DNA of 63,645 nt from a virus (IMGVR_UViG_3300017971_000297:1-63645); one strand, 5' to 3'. Shown: positions 7,032 through 16,112, counted from the stretch's first letter. Notes: generated by a model from the sequence alone, not told the origin. Program-made: numbers and translations.

Positions 7032-7262
7032 ATGCCAGATCCCATCCCCAAATTAGTGATATATGTGAACGGAAGGTTTAGGCTTATCAAGTCCAACCTG
7101 CCTAGTTCTGTGCAGGGCGATGCGGATATGCAACGTAAGTTACTATTGCTCATGGCTCACAAATATCGCTTCTTCGATTGGGGAAACAAGCTTCCAGAAG
7201 AAAAATTTGAAGAAATTAACACTTATGTATATAGTTTAGTTCAAGACTTATACGAGGAATAA
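7032..7262 (+). CDS. Hypothetical protein
   Basis: 76-aa ORF with GGAG RBS. Confidence 0.6.
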   Translation: MPDPIPKLVIYVNGRFRLIKSNLPSSVQGDADMQRKLLLLMAHKYRFFDWGNKLPEEKFEEINTYVYSLVQDLYEE

Positions 7263-7265
7263 ACA

Positions 7266-7571
7266 ATGCCCAAACGTGCAGATAAAGCTACAGGAAAGAG
7301 TACGCTGAAACATAGGGGGCAAAGCCGCAAACAACAGGGAAATCCAGGAACTAAGGCTTATAAGGCAGAGACTGAAAAAGTCAAGCCTAAGACTATGAAA
7401 GACCGTGGTCCTGGTTCAGCGTTTGCCAATGCTCTCTATAGGAGCGAAGCTGCTCGTCTTAAGGAAGAGTCAAAGAAACCAGGAAATCTGGGCTATAAAG
7501 AAACACTTCCTGTTGGCCCGCAAGCAAAGAATAAATCTTTGACTAAGTATTTGAAAAAAGGCAAAAAATAA
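7266..7571 (+). CDS. Highly basic protein (HRG motif)
   Basis: Lys-rich; STLKHRGQS; GAGG RBS. Confidence 0.65.
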   Translation: MPKRADKATGKSTLKHRGQSRKQQGNPGTKAYKAETEKVKPKTMKDRGPGSAFANALYRSEAARLKEESKKPGNLGYKETLPVGPQAKNKSLTKYLKKGKK

Positions 7572-7829
7572 ATGCTTGAGGATAAGAAGAATTCTCCTAA
7601 AGATAAAACCCCGGATAACTCTACTCAGCAGACTCCAGTAGTTAGGCCAACGAGGACTTCTACTAAGAAGAAAATCCTGACAGCGCTTAAAAACAAGGAT
7701 GCTCTGGAAAGCAGTCTATATGTGGATGCTCATAAACTTGTCAATGTTTATAAAGAGTTATTTAAGAAAAAAGGGCACAATATTATCGAGAATTCTAAAA
7801 ATCTAAAGAAATCAAGGAGTAAAAAATAA
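7572..7829 (+). CDS. Basic hypothetical protein
   Basis: Lys-rich ORF abutting both neighbours. Confidence 0.6.
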   Translation: MLEDKKNSPKDKTPDNSTQQTPVVRPTRTSTKKKILTALKNKDALESSLYVDAHKLVNVYKELFKKKGHNIIENSKNLKKSRSKK

Positions 7830-8347
7830 TGGGTGTCGGACGTAGACTTGTTCAACTACTCCATAAAATTGTGGATGATGTTAGAGACAATATTCCCCGC
7901 AGAAGGCGTGTGGATCTCCGAGAAGAAACTCTCCAGGATTCTCGCGGCGCATACGGGGCTATCAGAGGACTGCGTCGGAGACAGGAAAGAGATCTGGGTC
8001 AGGATTTTTTCGAGGCCAAGATTCCTAGAGCCTGGGAAGCCGATGTAGATATTGAAAGAGTAGACTTTGGTGGTGGTGACTTTGGTCTCCGCATTACCTT
8101 TAGCGAGTCTATTCAGGCTATCGACAGAGGTTTCATTGCTGGTGACGAACTACAGATCATCGAAGACGATTCAGCTCTTGAGGGCCAACGTTTCGTGGCA
8201 GTTGAAGAGGTGAATACGGGCGATGTCGCCGCTGGTAAGGTTCGCGTTGTTTCCGCAACGGTTCTAAGACTTCCGGATGACGCTGGTTGGGTAGATGAGT
8301 TGGGACCAAGGGTTCAAGCTCGTTTAGCGGCTGGTGCTCGCCAATAA
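7829..8347 (+). CDS. Hypothetical protein (Arg-rich N-terminus, acidic beta-rich C-domain)
   Basis: AAGGAG RBS; TAATG overlap. Confidence 0.65.
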   Translation: MGVGRRLVQLLHKIVDDVRDNIPRRRRVDLREETLQDSRGAYGAIRGLRRRQERDLGQDFFEAKIPRAWEADVDIERVDFGGGDFGLRITFSESIQAIDRGFIAGDELQIIEDDSALEGQRFVAVEEVNTGDVAAGKVRVVSATVLRLPDDAGWVDELGPRVQARLAAGARQ

Positions 8348-8374
8348 TAGTCAACTTTCGAAAGGAGATAAATA

Positions 8375-8518
8375 ATGGCAGAGAAACGTAAAGTTTCGGA
8401 TAAGGCTTTTGCGCTTAAGCATCGTGGCAAAAAGCTTCATCAAGGTGAGAAGGTCGGTATGCCCGAGCCTCTGGCCAAAGAAGAAGTTGCCAAGAGCCTG
8501 AAAAAGAAAAAGAAATAA
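8375..8518 (+). CDS. Small basic protein (47 aa, HRG motif)
   Basis: Hand-translated MAEKRKVSDKAFALKHRGKKLHQGEKVGMPEPLAKEEVAKSLKKKKK*; AAGGAG RBS. Confidence 0.65.
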   Translation: MAEKRKVSDKAFALKHRGKKLHQGEKVGMPEPLAKEEVAKSLKKKKK

Positions 8519-8528
8519 CTTTAGGAGA

Positions 8529-8592
8529 AGGGGAGTTAGGTTGTAGTTCGATAGACCTGGTACCGGGCAGAACAAAACAATGCAACTCCCCT
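8529..8592 (+). promoter_or_regulatory. Structured RNA stem upstream of the portal gene
   Basis: AGGGGAGTT (8529-8537) pairs with AACTCCCCT (8584-8592); inner TTGT/ACAA and GTTC/GAAC pairs. Confidence 0.45.
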
Positions 8593-8617
8593 CCCTTTAA
8601 TTTAGGAGAGAGGAAGT

Positions 8618-10486
8618 ATGTCCTTTAATCTCGGTGTTCAAAACTATCCTGGTGGTTATCTAGGGGGATTTGGATTTGGTACAGTAGGTATCTATCTATA
8701 CGAAGATATTTATTATCGCCAGTGGATCACCGAAATTGCTTTAGCCTTTTATGAGGGTCGCCAAGACGAATTCGTGTGGTTGGATCTACTAAAGCAGTTT
8801 AGGAATCCTGAAAAGCAGCAAATTCTGCCCCTTAATCTTACTAAAGAGATTATAGATGAAACTGCTATTTTGTACCGAGAGCCACCTATCTATGCAGTGA
8901 AAAGTCGCAATACTGGTAAGCCTCTGAAAAAAGATCAGAAGCTTTGGGAGAGAATCCAGAGAGATAGCCGGTATCTGCAAACTATGGATAGGGTGGACAG
9001 ATGGTGTAGGCTTTTAGGTACAGTTCTACTGAAAGTATCATTTATTAATGAATCCACCGGGCAGGTAGTAACCAAGAATGAGGGGGGAAAAGTCCAGCTA
9101 GATGTGCTACACGGTGGAGTATATGATATCAAATATATAGATAGCCCTTATTATATTTCAGAATTATTGATCGGATTTGGTCAAGGATTTTTGGGATTTA
9201 ATAGAGGAGCAGGCGGAATGGGCCAGACCCGAAGAGGTCCTTTAGGACAACTTACGGGCGTTGGTGCCGGAGCTGTAGGTAAAGTTGGTGGTTCTAAACA
9301 CGGACAAATAAGTACTATCTACTGGTCACCTACCTCCCATAAAGTAGAGGATGAAGAGGGTAAAACGCTGCATGACGGTGATAATCCTTATGGAATGATC
9401 CCCGCAGTACCATTCTTTAATTCTGATCCAGCTCATTATTATTTTCTACCTATTAATGAGCCTCTTATATATGCAAATCATGCTATAAATATGCGTATTA
9501 CGGATCTGAACCATATTGCTAAGTTCCAATCATTTGGTATTCCAGTTCTTTCGGGAGTTGAAAGAGGCACTTCTATCCGTAGAGGTAGGCCAGTGGATGA
9601 CTTCAATTTCTTTAGGGCTGGCTCCGCTACTCGCAGCCACGTTGGAGCTATAGCCAGATTTGGTCAGGGAGCCCAGTTTCGCACATTCGATAATAGCTTT
9701 GGTTTCTTTGCTGACGGCAATGCAGATGCAAACGCTGTTGGAGCAAGTATCGGACCAGATACAGCCATCGCTGTTGGGGAAAAAGGTGATTTCAAATTTG
9801 CCCACCCCCAGGCAGATATCGTTGGTTTGACCAAAACTATCCAGCAATTTCAAGACTGGGTGCGTGTAAATCATGGTTTAAATCCAAAAGGTGGATCGTT
9901 TGATCAACCTCAAAAAGAGTCTGGTTTCAGCAAGATGCTGGAAAAGATTGGTGTTCTAGAAGAAAACGTTCGCCGTCAGAAACTATTTATGGAAAGGGAG
10001 CAACAGCTCTTTGATACCATTAAAAAGTTGTGGAATACTCACTATTCTTCTGGCTCTGACCGTTTTTCGGAGGATGCTTATCTAGAAATCAACTATGTAG
10101 AACCCCATTTTCCTACTGATCCTCTGACCAAAATCAACCTCCTTGAGGGGGAGAGAAAGATTATTGAGTCGGGAGATCGCAGAGCTATTCATGAGCTATA
10201 TAAGCATAAATCGCCCGATGAGATCGATGAGCTTATTATACAATATCACAAAGATAGAATGGAGCAAATGGATAGGGAGCTGGAGTTGATGAAGAAGCAG
10301 TCCAAGGCTATGGATGCTATGGGCCTACAGTATAACGCTGCTGAGACTCAGACACAGTACAATGCGAGTGTTAAAGCCAAGGGAGCAGACCCTTCTGCGT
10401 CGAGTCAGGACAATCGTACCAAACACTCTGTAGATAGTTCTAAACAGAAAGGTAAGAATCTAGATACTCGTAAAAAGCAGAAGTAA
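8618..10486 (+). CDS. Portal protein
   Basis: Located between TerL and scaffold/MCP; LNLTKEIIDETAILY, NPYGMIPAVPF, FQSFGIPVLSG, ESGFSK and YLEINY patterns typical of SPP1-like portals. Confidence 0.85.
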   Translation: MSFNLGVQNYPGGYLGGFGFGTVGIYLYEDIYYRQWITEIALAFYEGRQDEFVWLDLLKQFRNPEKQQILPLNLTKEIIDETAILYREPPIYAVKSRNTGKPLKKDQKLWERIQRDSRYLQTMDRVDRWCRLLGTVLLKVSFINESTGQVVTKNEGGKVQLDVLHGGVYDIKYIDSPYYISELLIGFGQGFLGFNRGAGGMGQTRRGPLGQLTGVGAGAVGKVGGSKHGQISTIYWSPTSHKVEDEEGKTLHDGDNPYGMIPAVPFFNSDPAHYYFLPINEPLIYANHAINMRITDLNHIAKFQSFGIPVLSGVERGTSIRRGRPVDDFNFFRAGSATRSHVGAIARFGQGAQFRTFDNSFGFFADGNADANAVGASIGPDTAIAVGEKGDFKFAHPQADIVGLTKTIQQFQDWVRVNHGLNPKGGSFDQPQKESGFSKMLEKIGVLEENVRRQKLFMEREQQLFDTIKKLWNTHYSSGSDRFSEDAYLEINYVEPHFPTDPLTKINLLEGERKIIESGDRRAIHELYKHKSPDEIDELIIQYHKDRMEQMDRELELMKKQSKAMDAMGLQYNAAETQTQYNASVKAKGADPSASSQDNRTKHSVDSSKQKGKNLDTRKKQK

Positions 10487-10494
10487 GAGGAGAG

Positions 10495-10510
10495 AGCGGC
10501 AATAGCCGCT
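10495..10510 (+). promoter_or_regulatory. Intergenic hairpin
   Basis: AGCGGC-AATA-GCCGCT immediately before a GGGAGG RBS; no U-tract. Confidence 0.4.
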
Positions 10511-10524
10511 AAAGGGAGGATCGC

Positions 10525-10851
10525 ATGTCAGTTACTCATCAATTAGTGTTGGATACTGTTCCAGCTACTTTCGCTATAGACGAAGGCACTGAAGATCAGA
10601 TGATCAAACTCCATAAAAAGTGGAGACAGAAAGTCTTCTATGGAAAAAGTAAGACTATCAGTATCCCAAATCCGGATGATTTGCCTGCCGATGTTCGCCC
10701 AGAGTCCATTATTGGTATCAGGGTGGTCAGGATTCCGGAAGAAGAGCTATTAAGACGGCGGGCACTAAAAGACCCTAGAGCCAGGATGTTCTTAGAAAAG
10801 ACAGGTCAGTTTGAGGAGGGCATCGACTTACTGGACCAGGGTATGAAATAA
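10525..10851 (+). CDS. Hypothetical protein in the head module
   Basis: Strong RBS GGGAGGA; 108 aa. Confidence 0.7.
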   Translation: MSVTHQLVLDTVPATFAIDEGTEDQMIKLHKKWRQKVFYGKSKTISIPNPDDLPADVRPESIIGIRVVRIPEEELLRRRALKDPRARMFLEKTGQFEEGIDLLDQGMK

Positions 10852-10911
10852 ATCCGAGTAGACCTCGGTAAGGGTTAATTTTAAACCAGGGTAGACCCCA
10901 AAGGAGGCGAA

Positions 10912-11790
10912 ATGCCAGATCTGCTTGACACCCTCGGAAAAGAAGCTGAAGGCGCTAAGGCTGATGCTAAAGCGGCTAAAGCTGACAACGATATGTTGGA
11001 TGGAGAGCCTAAAAAAGTCGATTTAGAGACTGTAAAGCCTACTCCACCCACGGACGAGGGAAAAGAGAAGAAGACCGCTGAACCAGCAGAGGACAAGGAC
11101 AGTCCTTATAAGGATTGGACGGTCAAAGATTTCGAGAAAGCTCTTAAGGACGCACGCAAGGATGCGGGTAAGTATCGTACCAAAGCTAAAGATCTCGAAG
11201 AGCAAATGGATTCTAAACTGGAGTCTGTTATTCAAGAAATCGATAGTAAATATGCCCCTCTTAAAAAGAAAGCTGCTGAGTTTGACAAAATCAAAGCTGA
11301 GCAGGAAGATAAAAAGAGGGACATGTCGGAAAAGCTGGCTCACCGGGAATCTCTAATTCGTGAATTAGAAGAGCAACTGGAAGCAGCCAAAGACTCTTCT
11401 CATAAGGAGAAGGTCGCATTACAATCAGAGCTAGACAAAGTAAAGGGCTCTCTAGAGGGTCATTTGGCCTACTACAGAGAGCAGCTTGACAAAGAGATGG
11501 AAGCAATTCCAGCTCAATGGAAAGAAGTTGCCGATGCTATGGTAAAAGGCACAAATGATACAAGAGAAGCTCTGGCTCTCATTCGTGATGCCAAAAATAA
11601 GAATTTCTTCGGAGATAAAAAGGTAGAAGTCTATCATGGAACTCCTAATAAAGCCAGTGATGGTGCTAGAATGAGTTCCCAACCAACCGAAGACCAAAAG
11701 AAAGATATGAAGTCAAAAGATAAGATTAAAGCCGGTCTAAAAGGTTTAGTTTCCGAGGTAAAGACAACAAGAGGTAAGTTCGGTATCTAA
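10912..11790 (+). CDS. Capsid scaffolding protein
   Basis: Acidic disordered N-terminus, ARKDAGKYRTKAK and a long coiled coil, directly upstream of MCP. Confidence 0.8.
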   Translation: MPDLLDTLGKEAEGAKADAKAAKADNDMLDGEPKKVDLETVKPTPPTDEGKEKKTAEPAEDKDSPYKDWTVKDFEKALKDARKDAGKYRTKAKDLEEQMDSKLESVIQEIDSKYAPLKKKAAEFDKIKAEQEDKKRDMSEKLAHRESLIRELEEQLEAAKDSSHKEKVALQSELDKVKGSLEGHLAYYREQLDKEMEAIPAQWKEVADAMVKGTNDTREALALIRDAKNKNFFGDKKVEVYHGTPNKASDGARMSSQPTEDQKKDMKSKDKIKAGLKGLVSEVKTTRGKFGI

Positions 11791-11812
11791 CCTAGACAGA
11801 GGTAATTAATCA

Positions 11813-13180
11813 ATGGCACAAGTTGTGACTCTCACAGAAGCTGCAAAACTCTCTAATAACCTTCTGGTTGAGGGCATTATCGAGGATATCGTTACGGTTG
11901 ATGATTGGTATCAATATCTTCCGTTCGTGGTGTTTGAGGGCTTAGCCTATACTTTCACCCGTGAAGCGACTCTCGCTAAGGCCGATTTTGCGGCTCCCGG
12001 CACTTCCCTAGCTGCGGCTAAATTTCAGGGCGGTGCTACGTTCCAAAATGTGAACGTTAACCTAGCAGCTATTATTGGCGACATCATTCTCGATGGTCAA
12101 ATCGAGGATCAACTCTCTGATCACAATGATCAACTTCAGGTACAGATTTCTTCCAAAGCGAAGCAGATCGCACGTATCTACATGAACGCGATTATCAATG
12201 GTCGTAGGGTTCCAGGTGGCGCTTTAACGCAAGCCAATAGTGGTCCTATCGGCATCGAAGCCAAATTCGACGGCATGAAGAGAATTCTTGAAGCCGAAGC
12301 TGGCAACGTCGATGACGTCAACCATCCTTTCTACAATGCTGGCGCGTCTACTCAGACTTTGGCGCTCGTTGAGGATGATCCTTCATCTTCGCGTAATGGT
12401 CGCCCAGGCCGTGTGTTCGCACTCGAAGATTTGGACAATCTGATTGACCGTATTACGGTTGGTCGTCCTGACTTCTTGATGATGAACGCTCGTGAGATCC
12501 GGACGCTACGTGTTCTCTTGAGGAACACCGGCGGTGGTACGGATGCGTATCAAATTCAACAGCAGGGTCTTGGTAATATGAAGCCTATGCTTTTCTATCA
12601 AGATATTCCTATTTTCCGTAATGACTTTGTTTCTAAAGAAGACGGCGTCAACTTGGTTGATACCGGTGCTGTTGCGGCTGTTGGCGCTACTAGCATTACT
12701 ACAGCTGAAGACTATAGTGGTGGTGTTCCGGCGGCTTTGTCCGACGGTATCACTGCTGGTACGGCTGAAGTCCGTGTTCGTGACGACGACGCTATTCTCC
12801 GGCGCTGGAAAATTACGGCAGCTACTGCGGCTAACCCGTCAGTGTTGACCGTGACGGCGACTGGGCAGTTCTTGGATGTCGAGAACAACCGTGTGGAGAG
12901 CGTGTTGGCTCCTAACAACGCTTCTCTCAGTCTCGTGGCAGAAACGTATGAGATTTTTGAGAGAGCTGACGGCTCTACTGTTTACGCTGGTAAATGGGGT
13001 GAGTACGAAGGCGTTGTGGGCTTTACGTCCGCTCAAAATGCTGGTCTTAAACTTGAGTATGTCGGTCCTCGTGAAGATGAGAACGCCTACCAATATCGTC
13101 TCAAATGGTATTGTGGTTTCGATCTTTACAACCGTCTTGCTCTTGCTAGGGCTAAAGACGTTCTTCCGCTGGAGGCTTAA
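11813..13180 (+). CDS. Major capsid protein (HK97 fold, epsilon15 gp7-like) with an inserted domain
   Basis: TLTEAAKLSNNLLVEGIIEDI...LPFVVFEGLAYTFTRE N-terminus and YRLKWYCGFDLY...LAR C-terminus; followed by a terminator. Confidence 0.9.
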   Translation: MAQVVTLTEAAKLSNNLLVEGIIEDIVTVDDWYQYLPFVVFEGLAYTFTREATLAKADFAAPGTSLAAAKFQGGATFQNVNVNLAAIIGDIILDGQIEDQLSDHNDQLQVQISSKAKQIARIYMNAIINGRRVPGGALTQANSGPIGIEAKFDGMKRILEAEAGNVDDVNHPFYNAGASTQTLALVEDDPSSSRNGRPGRVFALEDLDNLIDRITVGRPDFLMMNAREIRTLRVLLRNTGGGTDAYQIQQQGLGNMKPMLFYQDIPIFRNDFVSKEDGVNLVDTGAVAAVGATSITTAEDYSGGVPAALSDGITAGTAEVRVRDDDAILRRWKITAATAANPSVLTVTATGQFLDVENNRVESVLAPNNASLSLVAETYEIFERADGSTVYAGKWGEYEGVVGFTSAQNAGLKLEYVGPREDENAYQYRLKWYCGFDLYNRLALARAKDVLPLEA

Positions 13181-13197
13181 TCTAGCGTAGAATTTAT

Positions 13198-13240
13198 AGT
13201 AGGGGCGGGGTATTAAGCCCCGTCCTTACTTCGTTTGTTT
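13198..13240 (+). terminator. Rho-independent terminator after MCP
   Basis: AGTAGGGGCGGGG / CCCCGTCCTTACT 13-bp stem (2 G-U) followed by TCGTTTGTTT. Confidence 0.7.
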
Positions 13241-13252
13241 CGAGGAGGGAAA

Positions 13253-13879
13253 ATGTACTGGAATCGCAAGGTTACCGACAAAGAATATATTGTCGTGAAG
13301 CATCCCTTGCGGGATTCTTCAAATACCTATTATCATGGTATTAAATTTACTAGAGGCTACGCTGTAGTCGCCAAGGGCTCTAAGAGCCATACTTTTATCA
13401 AGAGTGCTCCGTTTCTTAAACATCATAAAGAATTCGATCTATCCTACCTAAAAAATATCTTTAGACTTAAAGAAGTTAAGTTAATCTTTGGCCACGATGT
13501 TTATCATCATTATCTACAGTCTATAGGTCTAGATAATAATGGATTACCTACAGAAACAACGGAGGAAAAACCACAAGAAGAACAAATTGTCCAAGAAGAA
13601 AATTTAGTAACAGAGGCTACCGAAGCAGAAACTGTATCTGAGGTACCTGAGTTGGTGGAGGATGATTCTCCCCAAGACGTCTTAGAAAAAGAGGAAGAGA
13701 CGCTGGATTTCGAGAGTTTGACACCAGATCAGAGAGCAGAAGCTCATAAAACTCTAGGACTTTGTTCCTATATCCGTAAAAAAGACGGTAAAGTATGTGA
13801 CAATAAGGCATTAAATAGCAGTCCATCAGGTTACTGTTTTGCTCACGTAAGATTTGACCCAGAACGAAGGAAGAAATAA
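13253..13879 (+). CDS. Hypothetical protein with acidic linker and C-terminal C3H zinc finger
   Basis: GAGGAGG RBS before ATG 13253; C-terminal CSYIRKKDGKVCDNKAL...GYCFAH. Confidence 0.7.
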   Translation: MYWNRKVTDKEYIVVKHPLRDSSNTYYHGIKFTRGYAVVAKGSKSHTFIKSAPFLKHHKEFDLSYLKNIFRLKEVKLIFGHDVYHHYLQSIGLDNNGLPTETTEEKPQEEQIVQEENLVTEATEAETVSEVPELVEDDSPQDVLEKEEETLDFESLTPDQRAEAHKTLGLCSYIRKKDGKVCDNKALNSSPSGYCFAHVRFDPERRKK

Positions 13880-13888
13880 GGAGGAATC

Positions 13889-14230
13889 ATGGGACTTTTA
13901 CGACTTGACAGACAACGTCTGGAAATTAATATGATTTTGGGTGTGCTGGAAGAGTACAAGCCTACTACCCAAGTAAAACGGCTTCAAAAACGCTTAGAAC
14001 TTCTTCGTAAAAGATATACAATTGCGATGGAAGAGTTTCGTAAGGTTACTCAGGAGGAAATTGCTCCTGAATTGACTACTATCGAAGAAGAAATCAATGA
14101 AATCAACAATGCAGCTTATCCTGAACTCGCTAAGATCCAGAATGGCGAAGTAGCAGAGCCTATTAAGCTTAAAAGAGATAAGCCCGAGGACAAACCAGCA
14201 AAGAAAGCTAAAAAGAAAGCCAAGAAATAA
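13889..14230 (+). CDS. Coiled-coil protein with basic tail
   Basis: AGGAGG RBS; heptad pattern. Confidence 0.7.
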   Translation: MGLLRLDRQRLEINMILGVLEEYKPTTQVKRLQKRLELLRKRYTIAMEEFRKVTQEEIAPELTTIEEEINEINNAAYPELAKIQNGEVAEPIKLKRDKPEDKPAKKAKKKAKK

Positions 14231-14241
14231 GAAGGTAAATA

Positions 14242-14979
14242 ATGGGATCTAAGGGTAGCACGGGAGCCGGAGTTCAACATACTTCTAGAGGTCCCACCCA
14301 GGGCGTAGCTCTTGTAGGGCCTAACGGAAGACACGTAGATGTTGTAATCGATGGAGACGGCAAAGTTCGGCTCCTCGTTGACGCGAACGTGACTGTTGAA
14401 AACGCTACCATTAACGTAGATTTAGATTCCGAGTCTGGCGATAATGTTGCTATCGGAAATATTACTAATTCTGATAAGTTATTTGTACATTCCGATGGAA
14501 CAGTTAGTATACGCTTGCTAGATGAGTCCGGAACTGCCTTCTCTACCCTTAATCCGCTACCTACTGAGATAGTTACCTCCCCTGGGGGCCTAGAAGTTAA
14601 AGTTGAGGCTTCATCTGGGGATACTATCGCTATATCAGGCCACCAGACGCAAGTATTTGACGAGAACGAAGTAACTGTTAATACAGGTGGAAGTTATACT
14701 AACGTCCTTACATATGTGGCCCCATTCGATGATACGCATATAACTTTTGCAGAAGTTACAGGTCCAGTAGATTCAGTAGTTCGTATGAGACTAAATGGAA
14801 CCACTATACGAAAAAGACACCTAACCGCAGGTGCTCCTAACGTAGAATTTCCATTTATTGAACCACGACGGCTCACTTCTGGGCAGTCCTTAACAATAGA
14901 TGTAAAACCTGACGCAACTCCTCCAGCCCATTTTTCTGGGGTTGAATTCTTTGCGTCAATTCAAGGATTTATCGGCTAA
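14242..14979 (+). CDS. Putative virion decoration/fibre protein
   Basis: Beta-rich; shares the NVDLD...D.VAIG...DG....RL.D segment with the next gene. Confidence 0.6.
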   Translation: MGSKGSTGAGVQHTSRGPTQGVALVGPNGRHVDVVIDGDGKVRLLVDANVTVENATINVDLDSESGDNVAIGNITNSDKLFVHSDGTVSIRLLDESGTAFSTLNPLPTEIVTSPGGLEVKVEASSGDTIAISGHQTQVFDENEVTVNTGGSYTNVLTYVAPFDDTHITFAEVTGPVDSVVRMRLNGTTIRKRHLTAGAPNVEFPFIEPRRLTSGQSLTIDVKPDATPPAHFSGVEFFASIQGFIG

Positions 14980-15038
14980 ATAGTTGGGAGGATTGGAATC
15001 AAGCACAATGAATATTTATAGTAATTTAGGAGAAATAA

Positions 15039-16100
15039 ATGGCTGATTTCAATCAATTTGGAAACCTTGTAGGTGAGTATAATTCATCTTTACCTACTTT
15101 ATCAGATGGTGATAAGAGATCTCTACAGGTAGACTCTAGTGGTCGCTTAATAGTGGCAGCTAATCTTAATGTAGATCTCGATCATACAGAAGATTCTGTA
15201 GCAATTGGTGATGGTACTGATCTTTTAGATATTAATTCGGACGGTAGTTTAACTGTCCGCCTAAGTGACGGCACAAACTCGGCTGTCATTGATGGTTCTG
15301 GAAATCTGCAAGTTGTTGAAACTAATAGCGCAGATATCTTAACTTCCCTTCAACTTTTAGACGACGCGGTTTTTGCAGTTGATGATGCTGCCGGTGCTAC
15401 GGATGCTGGCTTCCAAATCTTGGCAGTCAGAGATGATGCACTAGCAACACTCACTGAGGTGGATGGGGATTATACCCGTCTACGCACCAATGACCGTGGA
15501 GCTTTGTGGATTAAACCTGATGGTGACATTGCAGTTACCGCAACTGATCTAGACATTCGAGACCTTACACATGTAAGTGATAGTGTATCTATTGGTGATG
15601 GCACCGATACATTAGGAATCGAAGCTGATGGATCTATTTTAACACGTCTTTATGATAGTGGGGGTACTGGATTGACCAGTACTCTGGTAGGTGCTGACCA
15701 GGCTCTAGATGTTAATGTTGTTCAGACAGTTGAAACCCATGGTACAGAGGCTGATACCGCTTCCGATAGTGGTGATGATGGCTTAATCGCTATGACTGGT
15801 GGTGTGGATACTCTAGTGTCTATTGCTGTCGGTGCTGGCGTGACTTACCACATCAAGGCTTTTCATTGGGCTGCTAGTGAACAGGCAGACTTTAGATTAG
15901 AAGTTAGGGATAGTGGTGCTCTTACAGAAACTATACGCAGAAGCCTAAACTCTGGTGCTGTACCTAGCGGAGAGTTCACCTTTCCTACAGATATAGAAGT
16001 GACTGGAGCTGCAAACCGTACTTTGGAAGTTCGGGTGAGAAATGCGGCTGGTGATGCTACCGGCCTAGCTCATGCAGCTATTAATGGTTATACAACTTAA
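15039..16100 (+). CDS. Putative virion decoration/fibre protein with internal repeats
   Basis: Two copies of DSV[AS]IGDGTD.L.I..DGS...RL; acidic, G/T/D-rich. Confidence 0.62.
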   Translation: MADFNQFGNLVGEYNSSLPTLSDGDKRSLQVDSSGRLIVAANLNVDLDHTEDSVAIGDGTDLLDINSDGSLTVRLSDGTNSAVIDGSGNLQVVETNSADILTSLQLLDDAVFAVDDAAGATDAGFQILAVRDDALATLTEVDGDYTRLRTNDRGALWIKPDGDIAVTATDLDIRDLTHVSDSVSIGDGTDTLGIEADGSILTRLYDSGGTGLTSTLVGADQALDVNVVQTVETHGTEADTASDSGDDGLIAMTGGVDTLVSIAVGAGVTYHIKAFHWAASEQADFRLEVRDSGALTETIRRSLNSGAVPSGEFTFPTDIEVTGAANRTLEVRVRNAAGDATGLAHAAINGYTT

Positions 16101-16112
16101 TAAGTAGTTAAT

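Noticed and set aside
8556-8568. CCTGGTACCGGGC repeated at 53038-53050
   Set aside because: The second copy is within dut coding sequence; a single 13-mer pair in 64 kb is compatible with chance.
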